Source of the DNA: Terriglobia bacterium
Lineage (GTDB): Bacteria > Acidobacteriota > Polarisedimenticolia > Polarisedimenticolales > JAIQFR01
NCBI GenBank assembly: GCA_963748015.1
Contig: CAVVHE010000004.1
Coordinates: 352,001-416,000, forward strand
Length of the DNA: 64,000 nt
Direction: 5' to 3'
Shown: in pieces, positions 42,507-51,798 of the stretch
Position numbering within the stretch: position 1 is the stretch's first letter
How the letters are laid out: each line of letters begins with the position of its first letter
Notes under the pieces: generated by a model
Databases searched by the model: none
Told to the model about the DNA's origin: nothing
Seen by the model: only the letters and a program-made list of their open reading frames with translations
Position numbers and translations under genes: made by a program

Positions 42507-44213
42507 GTGTCAAGTCACGACTTCGACTACGAGCGCCTCCGGCGCGAGGTCAGCTGGGACCTCGCACGCCGCGAGCTGGGTCTCGGCGACGGGAAGCCCG
42601 TCAACCTCTCCCACATTTGCGTGGACCGCAACGTCGAGCTCGGGCGCGGCGAGAAGCTCGCGCTCATCCACGAGAACCACGGGGGAGACGTCCGCCGGTT
42701 CACCTACCGCGACCTGATGCGCCTCACCAACGGCTGGGCGGCGTTCCTCTCGCAGCAGGGCGTCCGCAGCCTCGACCGGGTCTGCGTCTTCCTCGACCGG
42801 ATCCCCGAGCTGTACATCGGCTTCATGGGCATCCTCAAGACCGGCGCGGTCGTGCAGCCGCTCTTCTCGGCCTTCGGCGAGGAGGCGTTCTTCCAGCGGG
42901 CGTCCGACAGCAACGCCGTCGCGGTCATCACGCAGCACAAGCACCTGGGCAAGGTGCGGAAGATCCGCGAACGGCTGCCCGACCTCAGGACCGTGATCGT
43001 GGTGGACCACGACGAGACGAAGCGCAGGCTCCGCGAGGGAGAGGTAGCGTACTCGATGATGGACCACGCCATCGACGAGCACCCGGTGTTCCGCACCCAT
43101 GCGGAGAGCCCGAGCGTCCTGCACTACACCAGCGGCACGACGGGCAAGCCCAAGGGGGCGCTCCACGTGCACTCGAGCATCCTCGCGCAGTACCTGACGA
43201 CGAAGATGGTGCTCGACCTCAGGGACGACGACGTCTACTGGTGCACCGCCGACCCCGGGTGGGTGACCGGGACGAGCTACGGGATCATCGGGCCGTGGGC
43301 GATGGGCGTGACGCAGGTGGTCCTCGACGCGGGCTTCTCCAGCGACCGCTGGTACGCGACGATGGAGAAGCACCGCGTCACGGTCTGGTACACCGCTCCG
43401 ACCGCGATCCGGATGCTGATGAAGGACGGGATCGACCCGGTCAAGCGCCACGACCTCTCGTCGCTCCGGCACATGTGCAGCGTCGGCGAGCCCCTGAACC
43501 CGGAAGGGGTCCACTGGGGGCGCGCGGCATTCGGGCTCGACTTCCACGACACCTTCTGGCAGACCGAGACCGGCGCGATCGTGATCACGAACCTCCCCGG
43601 CATGCCGGTGAAGCCGGGAAGCATGGGGCGGCCGTTCCCCGCGCTCGTCGCGACGGTGGTGGATGCCGTGACCGGGGAGCCGATCACGGTTCCCGGCCGC
43701 GTCGGGATGATCGCCGTCCGTCCGCCGTGGCCGAGCCTGATGCGCACCTACTGGAACAACACGGCGACCTACCTGAAGAAGTTCCTGAACGGCTGGTACA
43801 TCTGCGGCGACCGCGCGAGCCTGGACGCCGAGGGGTACTTCTGGTTCTCGGGGCGGGACGACGACGTGATCAACACCGGCGGGCACCTGGTCGGCCCGTT
43901 CGAGATCGAGAGCGCCCTGCTCGAGCACCCGGCGGTGGCCGAGTCGGCGGCCATCGGCAAGCCGGACCCGATCAACATGGAGGTCGTCAAGGCGTTCGTC
44001 GCCTTGAAGCCCGGCTTCGAGCCCGGGGGGGACCTCGAGCTCGACATCATGAACTTCATCCGCAAGCGGCTCTCGCCGCTCGCGATGCCGCAAGAGATCG
44101 AGTTCCTCGACCGGCTCCCGAAGACGCGAAGCGGCAAGATCATGCGCCGCATGCTGAAGGCGAAGGAGACGGGGCAGGAGGTGGGGGACACCAGCACGCT
44201 CGACGACGAATGA
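42507..44213 (+). CDS. acsA: AMP-forming acetate ligase (AcsA-like)
   Basis: 'YTSGTTGKPKG', 'ADPGWVTG', 'SVGEP', 'DTFWQTETG', 'LPKTRSGKIMRR'. Confidence 0.9.
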   Translation: MSSHDFDYERLRREVSWDLARRELGLGDGKPVNLSHICVDRNVELGRGEKLALIHENHGGDVRRFTYRDLMRLTNGWAAFLSQQGVRSLDRVCVFLDRIPELYIGFMGILKTGAVVQPLFSAFGEEAFFQRASDSNAVAVITQHKHLGKVRKIRERLPDLRTVIVVDHDETKRRLREGEVAYSMMDHAIDEHPVFRTHAESPSVLHYTSGTTGKPKGALHVHSSILAQYLTTKMVLDLRDDDVYWCTADPGWVTGTSYGIIGPWAMGVTQVVLDAGFSSDRWYATMEKHRVTVWYTAPTAIRMLMKDGIDPVKRHDLSSLRHMCSVGEPLNPEGVHWGRAAFGLDFHDTFWQTETGAIVITNLPGMPVKPGSMGRPFPALVATVVDAVTGEPITVPGRVGMIAVRPPWPSLMRTYWNNTATYLKKFLNGWYICGDRASLDAEGYFWFSGRDDDVINTGGHLVGPFEIESALLEHPAVAESAAIGKPDPINMEVVKAFVALKPGFEPGGDLELDIMNFIRKRLSPLAMPQEIEFLDRLPKTRSGKIMRRMLKAKETGQEVGDTSTLDDE

Positions 44214-44248
44214 CGGAGGCCGCCCGGCGACCATTTAGGAGACGACTC

Positions 44249-44500
44249 ATGAAGGACATGATCCTGGACTACATCCGCAAGGAATACCTCGACGAGGAGG
44301 ACGCGGAGAGCATGGAGCTCGACGAGAACACCCCGCTCATCAGCAGCGGCATCGTCGACAGCTTCAGCATGGTGAGCCTCAAGCGATTCCTGGAGAAGAA
44401 GTGCTCGATCAGCATTCCCGACGACCAGGCGACGCCCGAGGCCTTCGACACGGTGAGCCGGATCATGGAGCTGGTCCTCCGGTTCCAGAAGGGCGCGTGA
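44249..44500 (+). CDS. Stand-alone acyl carrier protein (not in the supplied ORF list as its own ORF)
   Basis: 83 aa, acidic: MKDMILDYIRKEYL...TPLISSGIVDSFSMV...IPD...F.TV; phosphopantetheine Ser in GIVDS; RBS AGGAG. Confidence 0.92.
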   Translation: MKDMILDYIRKEYLDEEDAESMELDENTPLISSGIVDSFSMVSLKRFLEKKCSISIPDDQATPEAFDTVSRIMELVLRFQKGA

Positions 44501-44501
44501 A

Positions 44502-45749
44502 ATGGCCTACCCCGAGACGTTCCAGCAGGCTTTCCGGACGGAGCTCGATTCCATTCGTGGACAGGGGCTGTTCAAGGAGGAGCGCTTCATCCACTCCCCG
44601 CAGTCGTCCGGCATCCTGGTGGAGTTCCCGGCCGGGGCCGAGCCCAAGCGGGTCGTGAACCTCTGCTCCAACAACTACCTCGGGCTCTCGAGCCACCCGG
44701 ACGTGATCGCCGCGGCGCATCGCGGCCTCGACGAGCGGGGGTACGGCATGTCGAGCGTCCGGTTCATCTGCGGGACGCAGGACGTGCACCGTGAGCTCGA
44801 GCGCGCGCTCACCCGCTACCTCGGCACCGAGGACACCATCCTGTTCCCGAGCTGCATGGACGCCAACGCGGGTGTGTTCGAGGCGATCCTCGGGCCCGAC
44901 GACGTGATGATCTCGGATCGGCTGGTCCACGCGAGCATCATCGACGGCATCCGCCTGTCGAAGGCGATGCACGATACCTACAAGCACGCCGACATGGCCC
45001 ACCTGGAGGAGAAGCTGCAGGAGCACCAGGACCGGAGGGTCCGGCTGATCATCACCGACGGCGTGTTCTCGATGGACGGCGACCTGGCGCCGCTCGACCG
45101 GATCGTGGAGCTCGCGGAGAAGTACAACGCGATGGTGTTCGTCGACGACAGTCACGCCAGCGGCTTCATCGGCAAGACCGGGCGGGGGACCCACGAGCAC
45201 TTCGGCGTTCTGGGCAAGATGGACATCATCACCACCACGCTCGGGAAAGGGCTCGGGGGCGCTTCCGGCGGCTGCGTGTCGGGCCGGAAGGAGATCGTCG
45301 AGCTGTGCCGACAGCGGGCCCGTCCGTACCTCTTCAGCAACGCGGTGCCGCCGCCCATCGCGTGCGCCGCGCTCAAGGTGCTCGAGATCTTGAGCTCGAA
45401 CACCGAGCGCCGCGACAAGCTGGAGGTCAATACGAAATTCTGGAGGAAGGGACTCAAGGAGGCGGGCTTCGTGATCAAGGACGGGGAGAGCCCGATCGTC
45501 CCGATCATGCTCTTCAACGCGAAGCTGAGCCAGGACGTCTCGCGGGACCTGTTCCGCGAGGGAATCTATGCCGTCGGGTTCTTCTTCCCGGTGGTCCCCG
45601 CCGGGCAGGCGCGCATCCGGACGCAGTTGTCCGCCGACCACGACCTCGCGATGCTCGAGAACGCCCTGGTCGCCTTCAAGAAGGTGGGCGAGAAGCACGG
45701 GATCCTCGGCCTCGACAAGAAGGGGATCATCGCGAAGTACGGCAGCTGA
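44502..45749 (+). CDS. kbl: Glycine C-acetyltransferase (2-amino-3-ketobutyrate ligase) type PLP enzyme, copy 1
   Basis: 'SNNYLGL', 'SVRFICGTQ', 'DGVFSMDG', 'DDSH', 'TLGK', 'RPYLFSN'. Confidence 0.9.
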   Translation: MAYPETFQQAFRTELDSIRGQGLFKEERFIHSPQSSGILVEFPAGAEPKRVVNLCSNNYLGLSSHPDVIAAAHRGLDERGYGMSSVRFICGTQDVHRELERALTRYLGTEDTILFPSCMDANAGVFEAILGPDDVMISDRLVHASIIDGIRLSKAMHDTYKHADMAHLEEKLQEHQDRRVRLIITDGVFSMDGDLAPLDRIVELAEKYNAMVFVDDSHASGFIGKTGRGTHEHFGVLGKMDIITTTLGKGLGGASGGCVSGRKEIVELCRQRARPYLFSNAVPPPIACAALKVLEILSSNTERRDKLEVNTKFWRKGLKEAGFVIKDGESPIVPIMLFNAKLSQDVSRDLFREGIYAVGFFFPVVPAGQARIRTQLSADHDLAMLENALVAFKKVGEKHGILGLDKKGIIAKYGS

Positions 45750-45789
45750 CGGCGTGCGCATGGGCGTCGCGGACGCACGGGTGGCCCGG

Positions 45790-47217
45790 ATGAGCGACGT
45801 CGAAGCCTACGCCGACGAGATCGTGGGGCGGGCGCGGGAGGCGGCCGGCGCCTTTCGCGCCCTCGACCAGGAGGCGACGGACCGGATCGTCGAGGCCGTG
45901 TTCCGCGCGGCCTTCGACGCCCGGATCGAGCTCGGGCGACTCGCCGTCGAGGAGACCGGCATCGGTCTCTTCGAGCACAAGGTCGTCAAGAACGCCTGGG
46001 CCAGCCTGCTCGTCTACGAGCACCTGAGGTCGCGGCGGACGGTGGGGATCCTCTCCCACGACACGGAGCGCGGGATCACCGAGATCGCGCAGCCGATAGG
46101 CCCGATCCTCGGCCTCGTCCCGGTCACGAACCCGACCTCGACGACGATTTTCAAGTCGCTGATCTGTCTCAAGACCCGCAACCCGGTCATCTTCAGCTTC
46201 CACGGCGGGGCGCGCTCGTGCTGCCGAAGGACCGCGGGGATCCTGAAGGACGCGGCGGAGTCGGCCGGCGCGCCTCCCCACGCGATCCAGTGGATCCAGC
46301 GGGCGCAGGCCGCCTCCCTCGATGCGGTGATGCGTCACCGCGGCCTCGCGCTGATCCTCGCCACGGGAACCGCGCCGCTGGTGCGGAGGGCGCAGCAGTC
46401 GGGCACCCCCACGCTGGGCGTCGGGCCCGGCAACGTTCCGGTCTACGTGCACCACTCCGCGGACCTCTCCTTCGCCGCGAAGATGATCGTTCACTCGAAG
46501 ACCTTCGACAACGGGACGGTCTGCGCGAGCGAGCAGGCGCTGGTGGCGGAGCCGGGGGTCGCCACGAGCCTCCGGCCGCTGATGGAGCGCCACGGGGCGC
46601 ACTTCTGCACGCGGGAGGAGATGCTCGCCCTCGGCCCGGTCTGCTTCGACGCCGAGAGGGGCGCGATGCGCGCGGACGTCGTCGGCCGTCCCGCGAGCGC
46701 CATCGCCGGAAAGGCCGGGTTCCGGGTCCCGCCGCGAACGCGCCTCCTCGTCGCGGAGCCGGACGGGGTGGGACCGGAGCATCCGTTGTCGTACGAGATC
46801 CTGGCTCCGGTGCTCGCGTTCTACCGCGTCGCGGATTACGCGGCGGCTCTCGAGACCTGCCGCGCGGTGACCTGCCTGGGCGGTATCGGGCACACGCTGG
46901 GCGTCTACTGCAACGAGGAGGCGGTGGTCGCGGATTTCGCCGGCATGGATGCCGCGAGGATCCTGGTGAACACGCCGACGACCGAGGGGGCGCTCGGCGG
47001 GATCTTCAACCACCCGCCGCCCTCCCTCACCCTCGCGTGCGGCACCGGTGCGGGAAATCTCACGACGGACAACATCACGATCGACCACCTGATGAACATC
47101 CACCGCGTCGCCCGGATGCGGCCGAACCTCAGGTGGCTGGACATCCCGCGGAGGTCGTGGCTCGACGACAAGGTGGACGCCTCCGCGATCCGCGCGCTCT
47201 ACAACCGCAACTTCTGA
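45790..47217 (+). CDS. CoA-acylating aldehyde dehydrogenase (AdhE N-terminal type, stand-alone)
   Basis: 'PVTNPTST', 'GVGPGN', 'SKTFDNGTVCASEQ' (catalytic Cys), 'GHT', 'SLTLACG'. Confidence 0.9.
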   Translation: MSDVEAYADEIVGRAREAAGAFRALDQEATDRIVEAVFRAAFDARIELGRLAVEETGIGLFEHKVVKNAWASLLVYEHLRSRRTVGILSHDTERGITEIAQPIGPILGLVPVTNPTSTTIFKSLICLKTRNPVIFSFHGGARSCCRRTAGILKDAAESAGAPPHAIQWIQRAQAASLDAVMRHRGLALILATGTAPLVRRAQQSGTPTLGVGPGNVPVYVHHSADLSFAAKMIVHSKTFDNGTVCASEQALVAEPGVATSLRPLMERHGAHFCTREEMLALGPVCFDAERGAMRADVVGRPASAIAGKAGFRVPPRTRLLVAEPDGVGPEHPLSYEILAPVLAFYRVADYAAALETCRAVTCLGGIGHTLGVYCNEEAVVADFAGMDAARILVNTPTTEGALGGIFNHPPPSLTLACGTGAGNLTTDNITIDHLMNIHRVARMRPNLRWLDIPRRSWLDDKVDASAIRALYNRNF

Positions 47218-47230
47218 ATCGGTGCGACGG

Positions 47231-48418
47231 ATGAGTCACGCCTTCGAAGACAGGCTCCGGGAGCAGCTCGAGCAGTTCCGCCGGGACGGCGTGTACAAGC
47301 GCTTCAACGTCATCGAGGGGGCGCAGGGGCCGCGCGTCCGCATGGAGGGACGGGGGGAGGTCGTCGTCCTCTCCTCCAACAACTACCTCGGCCTGGCGGC
47401 CGAGCCCGAGGTGGTCCGCGCGGGGAAGGAAGGGCTCGATCGCTTCGGGGCGGGGACGGCGTCCGTGCGGTTCATCTGCGGGACGTTCTCGGTCCACCGG
47501 GATCTGGAGCGGGCGCTGTCGGCCTTCGTCGGAACGGAGGCGGCGCTGACCTACGTCTCGTGCTGGACCGCCAACGAGGGGTTGCTGCCCACGCTCCTCG
47601 ACGAGAGCGACGTCGTCATCAGCGATGCCCTGAACCACGCGAGCATCATCGACAGCGTCCGCCTGTGCCGCGCCGCCCGCCGGGTCTTCCCGCACTCGGA
47701 CATGGAGGGCCTCCGCGAGGTCCTCGAGGAATGCGCATCGGCACGCACCCGGTTGATCGTCACCGACGGCGTGTTCAGCATGGACGGCGACGTCGCGAAG
47801 CTGCCCGACATCGTGGAGCTCGCGCGGGACCACCGCGCGGTGGTGGTCGTGGACGACTCGCACTCCACGGGGGTCCTGGGGCGGACGGGGCGGGGAACGG
47901 CGGAGCACTTCGGCATGCTCGGGGAGGTGGACATCGTCACCTCGACGCTGGGAAAGGCGCTCGGCGGCGCGGCCGGCGGCTTCACCGCGGCGGCCGAGCC
48001 CGTGATCGACTATCTCCTCCAGCGGTCGCGGCCGCAGTTGTTCTCGAACGCGCTGCCCGCGACGGTCGCGTCGAGCGCGCTCGCCGCGCTGCGCCACCTC
48101 GAGGAGCACCCCGAGATCGTCGAGCGGCTCAGGCACAACACGAGCTACTTCCGCTCCCGGCTCCTCGAGCTGGGCTTCCGCCCCATGCCGGGGGACACTC
48201 CCATCGTGCCGATCATCCTCGGTGACACGGCGAAGGCGATCCGCTGCAGCGAGATGCTCCTCGACGAGGGGGTTTTCGTCACCGGCTTCGGCTATCCCGT
48301 CGTGCCCCAGGGGAAGGCGCGCGTGCGCTGCCAGATCTCCGCCGCGCACACGCGGGACGACCTCGACCTGGCGCTCGGAGCGTTCCGCAAGGTCGGAGAG
48401 GTCCTCGGCCTGATCTGA
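47231..48418 (+). CDS. kbl: Glycine C-acetyltransferase type PLP enzyme, copy 2
   Basis: 'SNNYLGL', 'SVRFICGT', 'NHASIID', 'STLGKALGG', 'RPQLFSN'. Confidence 0.88.
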   Translation: MSHAFEDRLREQLEQFRRDGVYKRFNVIEGAQGPRVRMEGRGEVVVLSSNNYLGLAAEPEVVRAGKEGLDRFGAGTASVRFICGTFSVHRDLERALSAFVGTEAALTYVSCWTANEGLLPTLLDESDVVISDALNHASIIDSVRLCRAARRVFPHSDMEGLREVLEECASARTRLIVTDGVFSMDGDVAKLPDIVELARDHRAVVVVDDSHSTGVLGRTGRGTAEHFGMLGEVDIVTSTLGKALGGAAGGFTAAAEPVIDYLLQRSRPQLFSNALPATVASSALAALRHLEEHPEIVERLRHNTSYFRSRLLELGFRPMPGDTPIVPIILGDTAKAIRCSEMLLDEGVFVTGFGYPVVPQGKARVRCQISAAHTRDDLDLALGAFRKVGEVLGLI

Positions 48419-48527
48419 TCGGGCTTCGTCGTGGGCAGGTCCGAGGGCCTACCTGCTGCGCCGCGACAGGAGGCACCCCGGGACAGCGTCGAAGTTGGCC
48501 CAAGTCAAGGGGCGGGATGCCGAGGTT

Positions 48528-48556
48528 TTGACAGAGCGGCCGCCGTGCCTTACCGT
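48528..48556 (+). promoter_or_regulatory. Sigma70-type promoter of the IscA/ErpA gene
   Basis: TTGACA-N17-TACCGT. Confidence 0.6.
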
Positions 48557-48628
48557 GGTTCGGCGGGCAGGAATGCCGGTAGCGCGAGGCGTGGTGCCCG
48601 CCCAGGCCGCGCGGGGAGGCTCAAGATC

Positions 48629-48952
48629 ATGATCCAGGTGACGACGGCTGCCGTGACGAAGGTGAAGGAATTGCTCGCGGCCGAGAACCGGCAGGGTTTC
48701 GGGCTGAGGGTCGCGGTGCAGGGCGGGGGTTGCTCCGGATTCCAGTACCGCCTGACCTTCGATGACAACCAGCACGAGAACGATCAGGTGGTCGAGGTGG
48801 ACGGCATCAAGGTGTTCGTGGACGCGATGTCGGGCATGTACCTCGAGGGCGCGAACATCGACTACGTCGACGGGCTCGACGGCTCGGGTTTCAAGATCGA
48901 CAACCCCAACGCGACCGCGACCTGCGGCTGCGGTCACAGCTTCCAGGGTTGA
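48629..48952 (+). CDS. erpA: HesB/IscA/ErpA family Fe-S carrier protein
   Basis: 'GGGCSGFQY', 'IDY', 'NPNATATCGCGHSF'. Confidence 0.93.
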   Translation: MIQVTTAAVTKVKELLAAENRQGFGLRVAVQGGGCSGFQYRLTFDDNQHENDQVVEVDGIKVFVDAMSGMYLEGANIDYVDGLDGSGFKIDNPNATATCGCGHSFQG

Positions 48953-49004
48953 ACCCGCCTCCACCACGCGGCCGGGCCGCCCCGTTTCCCGGTGGCCCGG
49001 CGCG

Positions 49005-49034
49005 TTGACTCCCGCCGAGTCCGTCCGTTACTCT
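49005..49034 (+). promoter_or_regulatory. Candidate promoter giving a near-leaderless dgt mRNA
   Basis: TTGACT-N18-TACTCT ending 8 nt before the ATG; no Shine-Dalgarno seen. Confidence 0.5.
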
Positions 49035-49042
49035 TGGATGCC

Positions 49043-50197
49043 ATGTCCAAGACGGAGTCCACTTCGGGAGCGCCCCTGTCCTCGCTAGCGCAGCGGCCGT
49101 CCGCGTCCCGCGGGCGCCGCTTTCCCGAGCAGGAGCCCCCTTACCGCTCCGCCTACCAGCGCGACCGGGACCGGATCATCCACAGCCGGGCCTTCAGGCG
49201 CCTCGAGTACAAGACCCAGGTCTTCGTCAACCACGAAGGGGACCACTACCGCACGAGGCTGACCCACAGCATCGAGGTCAGCCAGATCGGCCGGACGGTG
49301 GCGCGGGCCCTGGGCCTCGACGAGGATCTCGTCGAGTCCCTCTCCCTCTCGCACGACCTGGGGCACACGCCGTTCGGGCACCTCGGCGAGGAGGTGCTCA
49401 GGGACCGGCTCCGCGAGCACGGCGGCTTCAACCATAACCGGCAGACGCTCCGGATCGTGGAGCACCTGGAAGAGCGCTACCCCGACTTCCCCGGGCTCAA
49501 CCTCACCTGGGAGGTGCGCGAGGGAATCGCCAAGCACTCCGGCCCGATCGACCTGGCCGCGGCGCCGGAGTTCGAGGAGTACGAGCCGGGACGGATGCCG
49601 CCGCTCGAGGCGCAGCTCATCGATCCCGTGGACGAGATCGCCTACAACCACCACGACATCGACGACGGTCTCGAATCGGGCCTCCTGGACATGGAGGCGC
49701 TCGCGTCGGCGGTCCCCCTGTTCGGGAACCCGCTCCGCGCGGCGCTGGCCCGGCGGAGGGGTTGCGACCTGCGGCAGATCCGGAACGAGGCGCTCCGGGG
49801 GCTCATCAACGAGTTGGTCACCGACCTGATCGACGCGACCGAGAGGAGCGCTAAAGAGGCGGGTGTGGCCGACGTGGAGGACGTCCGGCGGGCCGGGCGC
49901 CCGATCGTCACCCTGTCGCCGGCGGTCGCCGTGGAAAACCGCGCGCTCAAGGCGTACCTGCAGGAGCACCTCTACCGGCACCACCGGATCGAGCGGATGA
50001 AGGACAAGGCGCGCAGGGTGCTCGAGGCGCTGTTCGACCGCTACCACGCGAACCCGCGTCTCCTCCCCGACGACACGCGGAGGCGCATCCTCGTGGATGG
50101 CGTCGAGCGGACGATCGCCGACTACATCGCCGGAATGACCGACCGCTATGCCACCGAGGAGTACCGGCGCCTGTTCGACCCGACGGTGAGGGTCTGA
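49043..50197 (+). CDS. dgt: dGTP triphosphohydrolase (HD superfamily)
   Basis: 'RDRDRIIHSRAFRRLEYKTQVF', 'RTRLTHS', 'HDLGHTPFGH', 'DYIAGMTD'. Confidence 0.95.
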   Translation: MSKTESTSGAPLSSLAQRPSASRGRRFPEQEPPYRSAYQRDRDRIIHSRAFRRLEYKTQVFVNHEGDHYRTRLTHSIEVSQIGRTVARALGLDEDLVESLSLSHDLGHTPFGHLGEEVLRDRLREHGGFNHNRQTLRIVEHLEERYPDFPGLNLTWEVREGIAKHSGPIDLAAAPEFEEYEPGRMPPLEAQLIDPVDEIAYNHHDIDDGLESGLLDMEALASAVPLFGNPLRAALARRRGCDLRQIRNEALRGLINELVTDLIDATERSAKEAGVADVEDVRRAGRPIVTLSPAVAVENRALKAYLQEHLYRHHRIERMKDKARRVLEALFDRYHANPRLLPDDTRRRILVDGVERTIADYIAGMTDRYATEEYRRLFDPTVRV

Positions 50198-50258
50198 GCC
50201 GCGCGCGCCGCGTCCCGGGTCGAGTGGCCGGGCGACTCCCGGCCGGAAAGGATCGCCC

Positions 50259-51287
50259 ATGAAGGCGGTCGTGATCCGCGAGCACGGGGGACCGGAGGTG
50301 CTGCGCCTCGAGGTGCGGGAGCTTCCCGAGCCCGGCCCGGGCGAGGTGCGTGTCCGGGTCCACGCGGTCGGCCTCAACCACCTCGATGTCTGGGTCCGGA
50401 AGGGCGTGCCGGGGCACACTTTTCCCCTACCGATCGTCCCCGGGTCCGACGTGGCCGGGACGGTGGATGCGCTCGGCGCGGGTGCGCGAGGGGCGAGGGA
50501 AGGGGATCGGGTCGTCGTCGGGCCCGGGGTCTCCTGCGGGGCGTGCCTCGCTTGCCGGTCGGGGCGCGATCCGCTCTGCCCCGATTACGGCATCCTCGGC
50601 GAGTCCAGAGACGGCGGCTGCGCGGAGTACCTGGTGGTTCCGGCGATCAACGTCTTCCCGATGCCGGAGCGTCTCGATTTCTCCTCGGCGGCGGCGGTCC
50701 CGCTCGCGTTCCTGACGGCCTGGCACATGCTGGTGGATCGCGCGGGGCTGCGATCGGGGGAGCTGGTCCTGGTCCACGCCGCGGGTTCGGGCGTGTCCTC
50801 TGCGGCGATCCAGATCGCGCGGCTTCTCGGCGCGCGCGTGCTCGCGACAGCAGGGTCCGACGAGAAGTGCGCCCGCGCACTCGATCTCGGCGCGTCGGCC
50901 GTGGTCAACTACCGCTCCGAGGACTTCGTCAGGGCCGCGAAGACCTGGTCGGAGGGTCGAGGGGTGGACGTCGCGCTCGACCACATCGGGGCCGAGACGT
51001 TCGACCGGACCCTTCGATGCCTGGCGAAAGGCGGCCGCTACGTCACCTGCGGCGCCACGTCCGGCTTCGAGATGAAGACGGATTTCCGGCGCGTGTTCTT
51101 CAGGGGGCTCTCGATCCTGGGCTCCACGATGGGCGGGAGCCACGAGCTCGCGCGAGTGCTCGACCACGTCGGCGCCGGCGAGCTGAGCCCGGTCGTGGAC
51201 CGGGTGTTCCCGCTGGATCAGATCGGGGAGGCGCACCGGCGCCTCGAGAGCCGCTCCGGCTTCGGGAAGATCGTCCTGGTCGTCTGA
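50259..51287 (+). CDS. MDR-family zinc-binding (quinone-oxidoreductase-like) dehydrogenase
   Basis: 'GLNHLD', 'PGSD', structural Zn CxxCxxC..C, 'AAGSGVS', 'GKIVL'. Confidence 0.9.
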   Translation: MKAVVIREHGGPEVLRLEVRELPEPGPGEVRVRVHAVGLNHLDVWVRKGVPGHTFPLPIVPGSDVAGTVDALGAGARGAREGDRVVVGPGVSCGACLACRSGRDPLCPDYGILGESRDGGCAEYLVVPAINVFPMPERLDFSSAAAVPLAFLTAWHMLVDRAGLRSGELVLVHAAGSGVSSAAIQIARLLGARVLATAGSDEKCARALDLGASAVVNYRSEDFVRAAKTWSEGRGVDVALDHIGAETFDRTLRCLAKGGRYVTCGATSGFEMKTDFRRVFFRGLSILGSTMGGSHELARVLDHVGAGELSPVVDRVFPLDQIGEAHRRLESRSGFGKIVLVV

Positions 51288-51418
51288 GGGGCGGCCGAGG
51301 GAAGGCGCCGCGGCCACCTTTCCCGGATGGCGCGCGTGAGGTAAGCTACGCTTCCCGGAGAGCCCACAACCGGACGAACGAGCCGGCAGCGGCTGTTTCT
51401 CGCGGCGCGGAAGGTACG

Positions 51419-51790
51419 TTGAGCAAGCGCATCTTGGTCGTGGACGACGAGGCGGAGATCGTCGAGCTCCTCAGGGACATCCTCACGTCGGAGGGTCTCG
51501 AGGTCGACGCCGCTTTCGACGCCGAGTCCGCGCTGAGGTTCGTCAAGGCGAACATCTACGACGCGGCGTTGCTGGACTTCAACCTCCCGGACATGGACGG
51601 CGTGATGCTCCACCACCGCATCCGCCAGATGGACGAGGACCTGGCCCGGCACTGCGTCTTCATGTCGGGGCAGGTGCAGTCCGACGACAACCTGGGTTAC
51701 TACTCGTCCCACAGCGGCGGCTTCCTGTCGAAGCCGTTCGACATCCGCGCCGTTCTCGGCGTGATTCGGAGCCTGCTCGACGGCGCCTGA
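51419..51790 (+). CDS. Single-domain response regulator
   Basis: 'ILVVDDE', 'LLDFNLPDMDG', 'MSG', 'SKPF'; TTG start. Confidence 0.88.
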   Translation: MSKRILVVDDEAEIVELLRDILTSEGLEVDAAFDAESALRFVKANIYDAALLDFNLPDMDGVMLHHRIRQMDEDLARHCVFMSGQVQSDDNLGYYSSHSGGFLSKPFDIRAVLGVIRSLLDGA

Positions 51791-51798
51791 CGCTTCCG

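Noticed and set aside
44502..48418. Calling the PLP enzymes serine palmitoyltransferase or BioF
   Set aside because: Both carry the Kbl-type SVRFICGT and RPxLFSN signatures, the ligase has an acetate-sized pocket, and no bio genes are adjacent.
50259..51287. Zinc dehydrogenase as the missing threonine dehydrogenase for the kbl cluster
   Set aside because: It has GLNHLD and GSD in place of the catalytic-zinc C-G-T/S-D and GHE motifs of Tdh, and it is separated from kbl by erpA and dgt, which have their own promoters.
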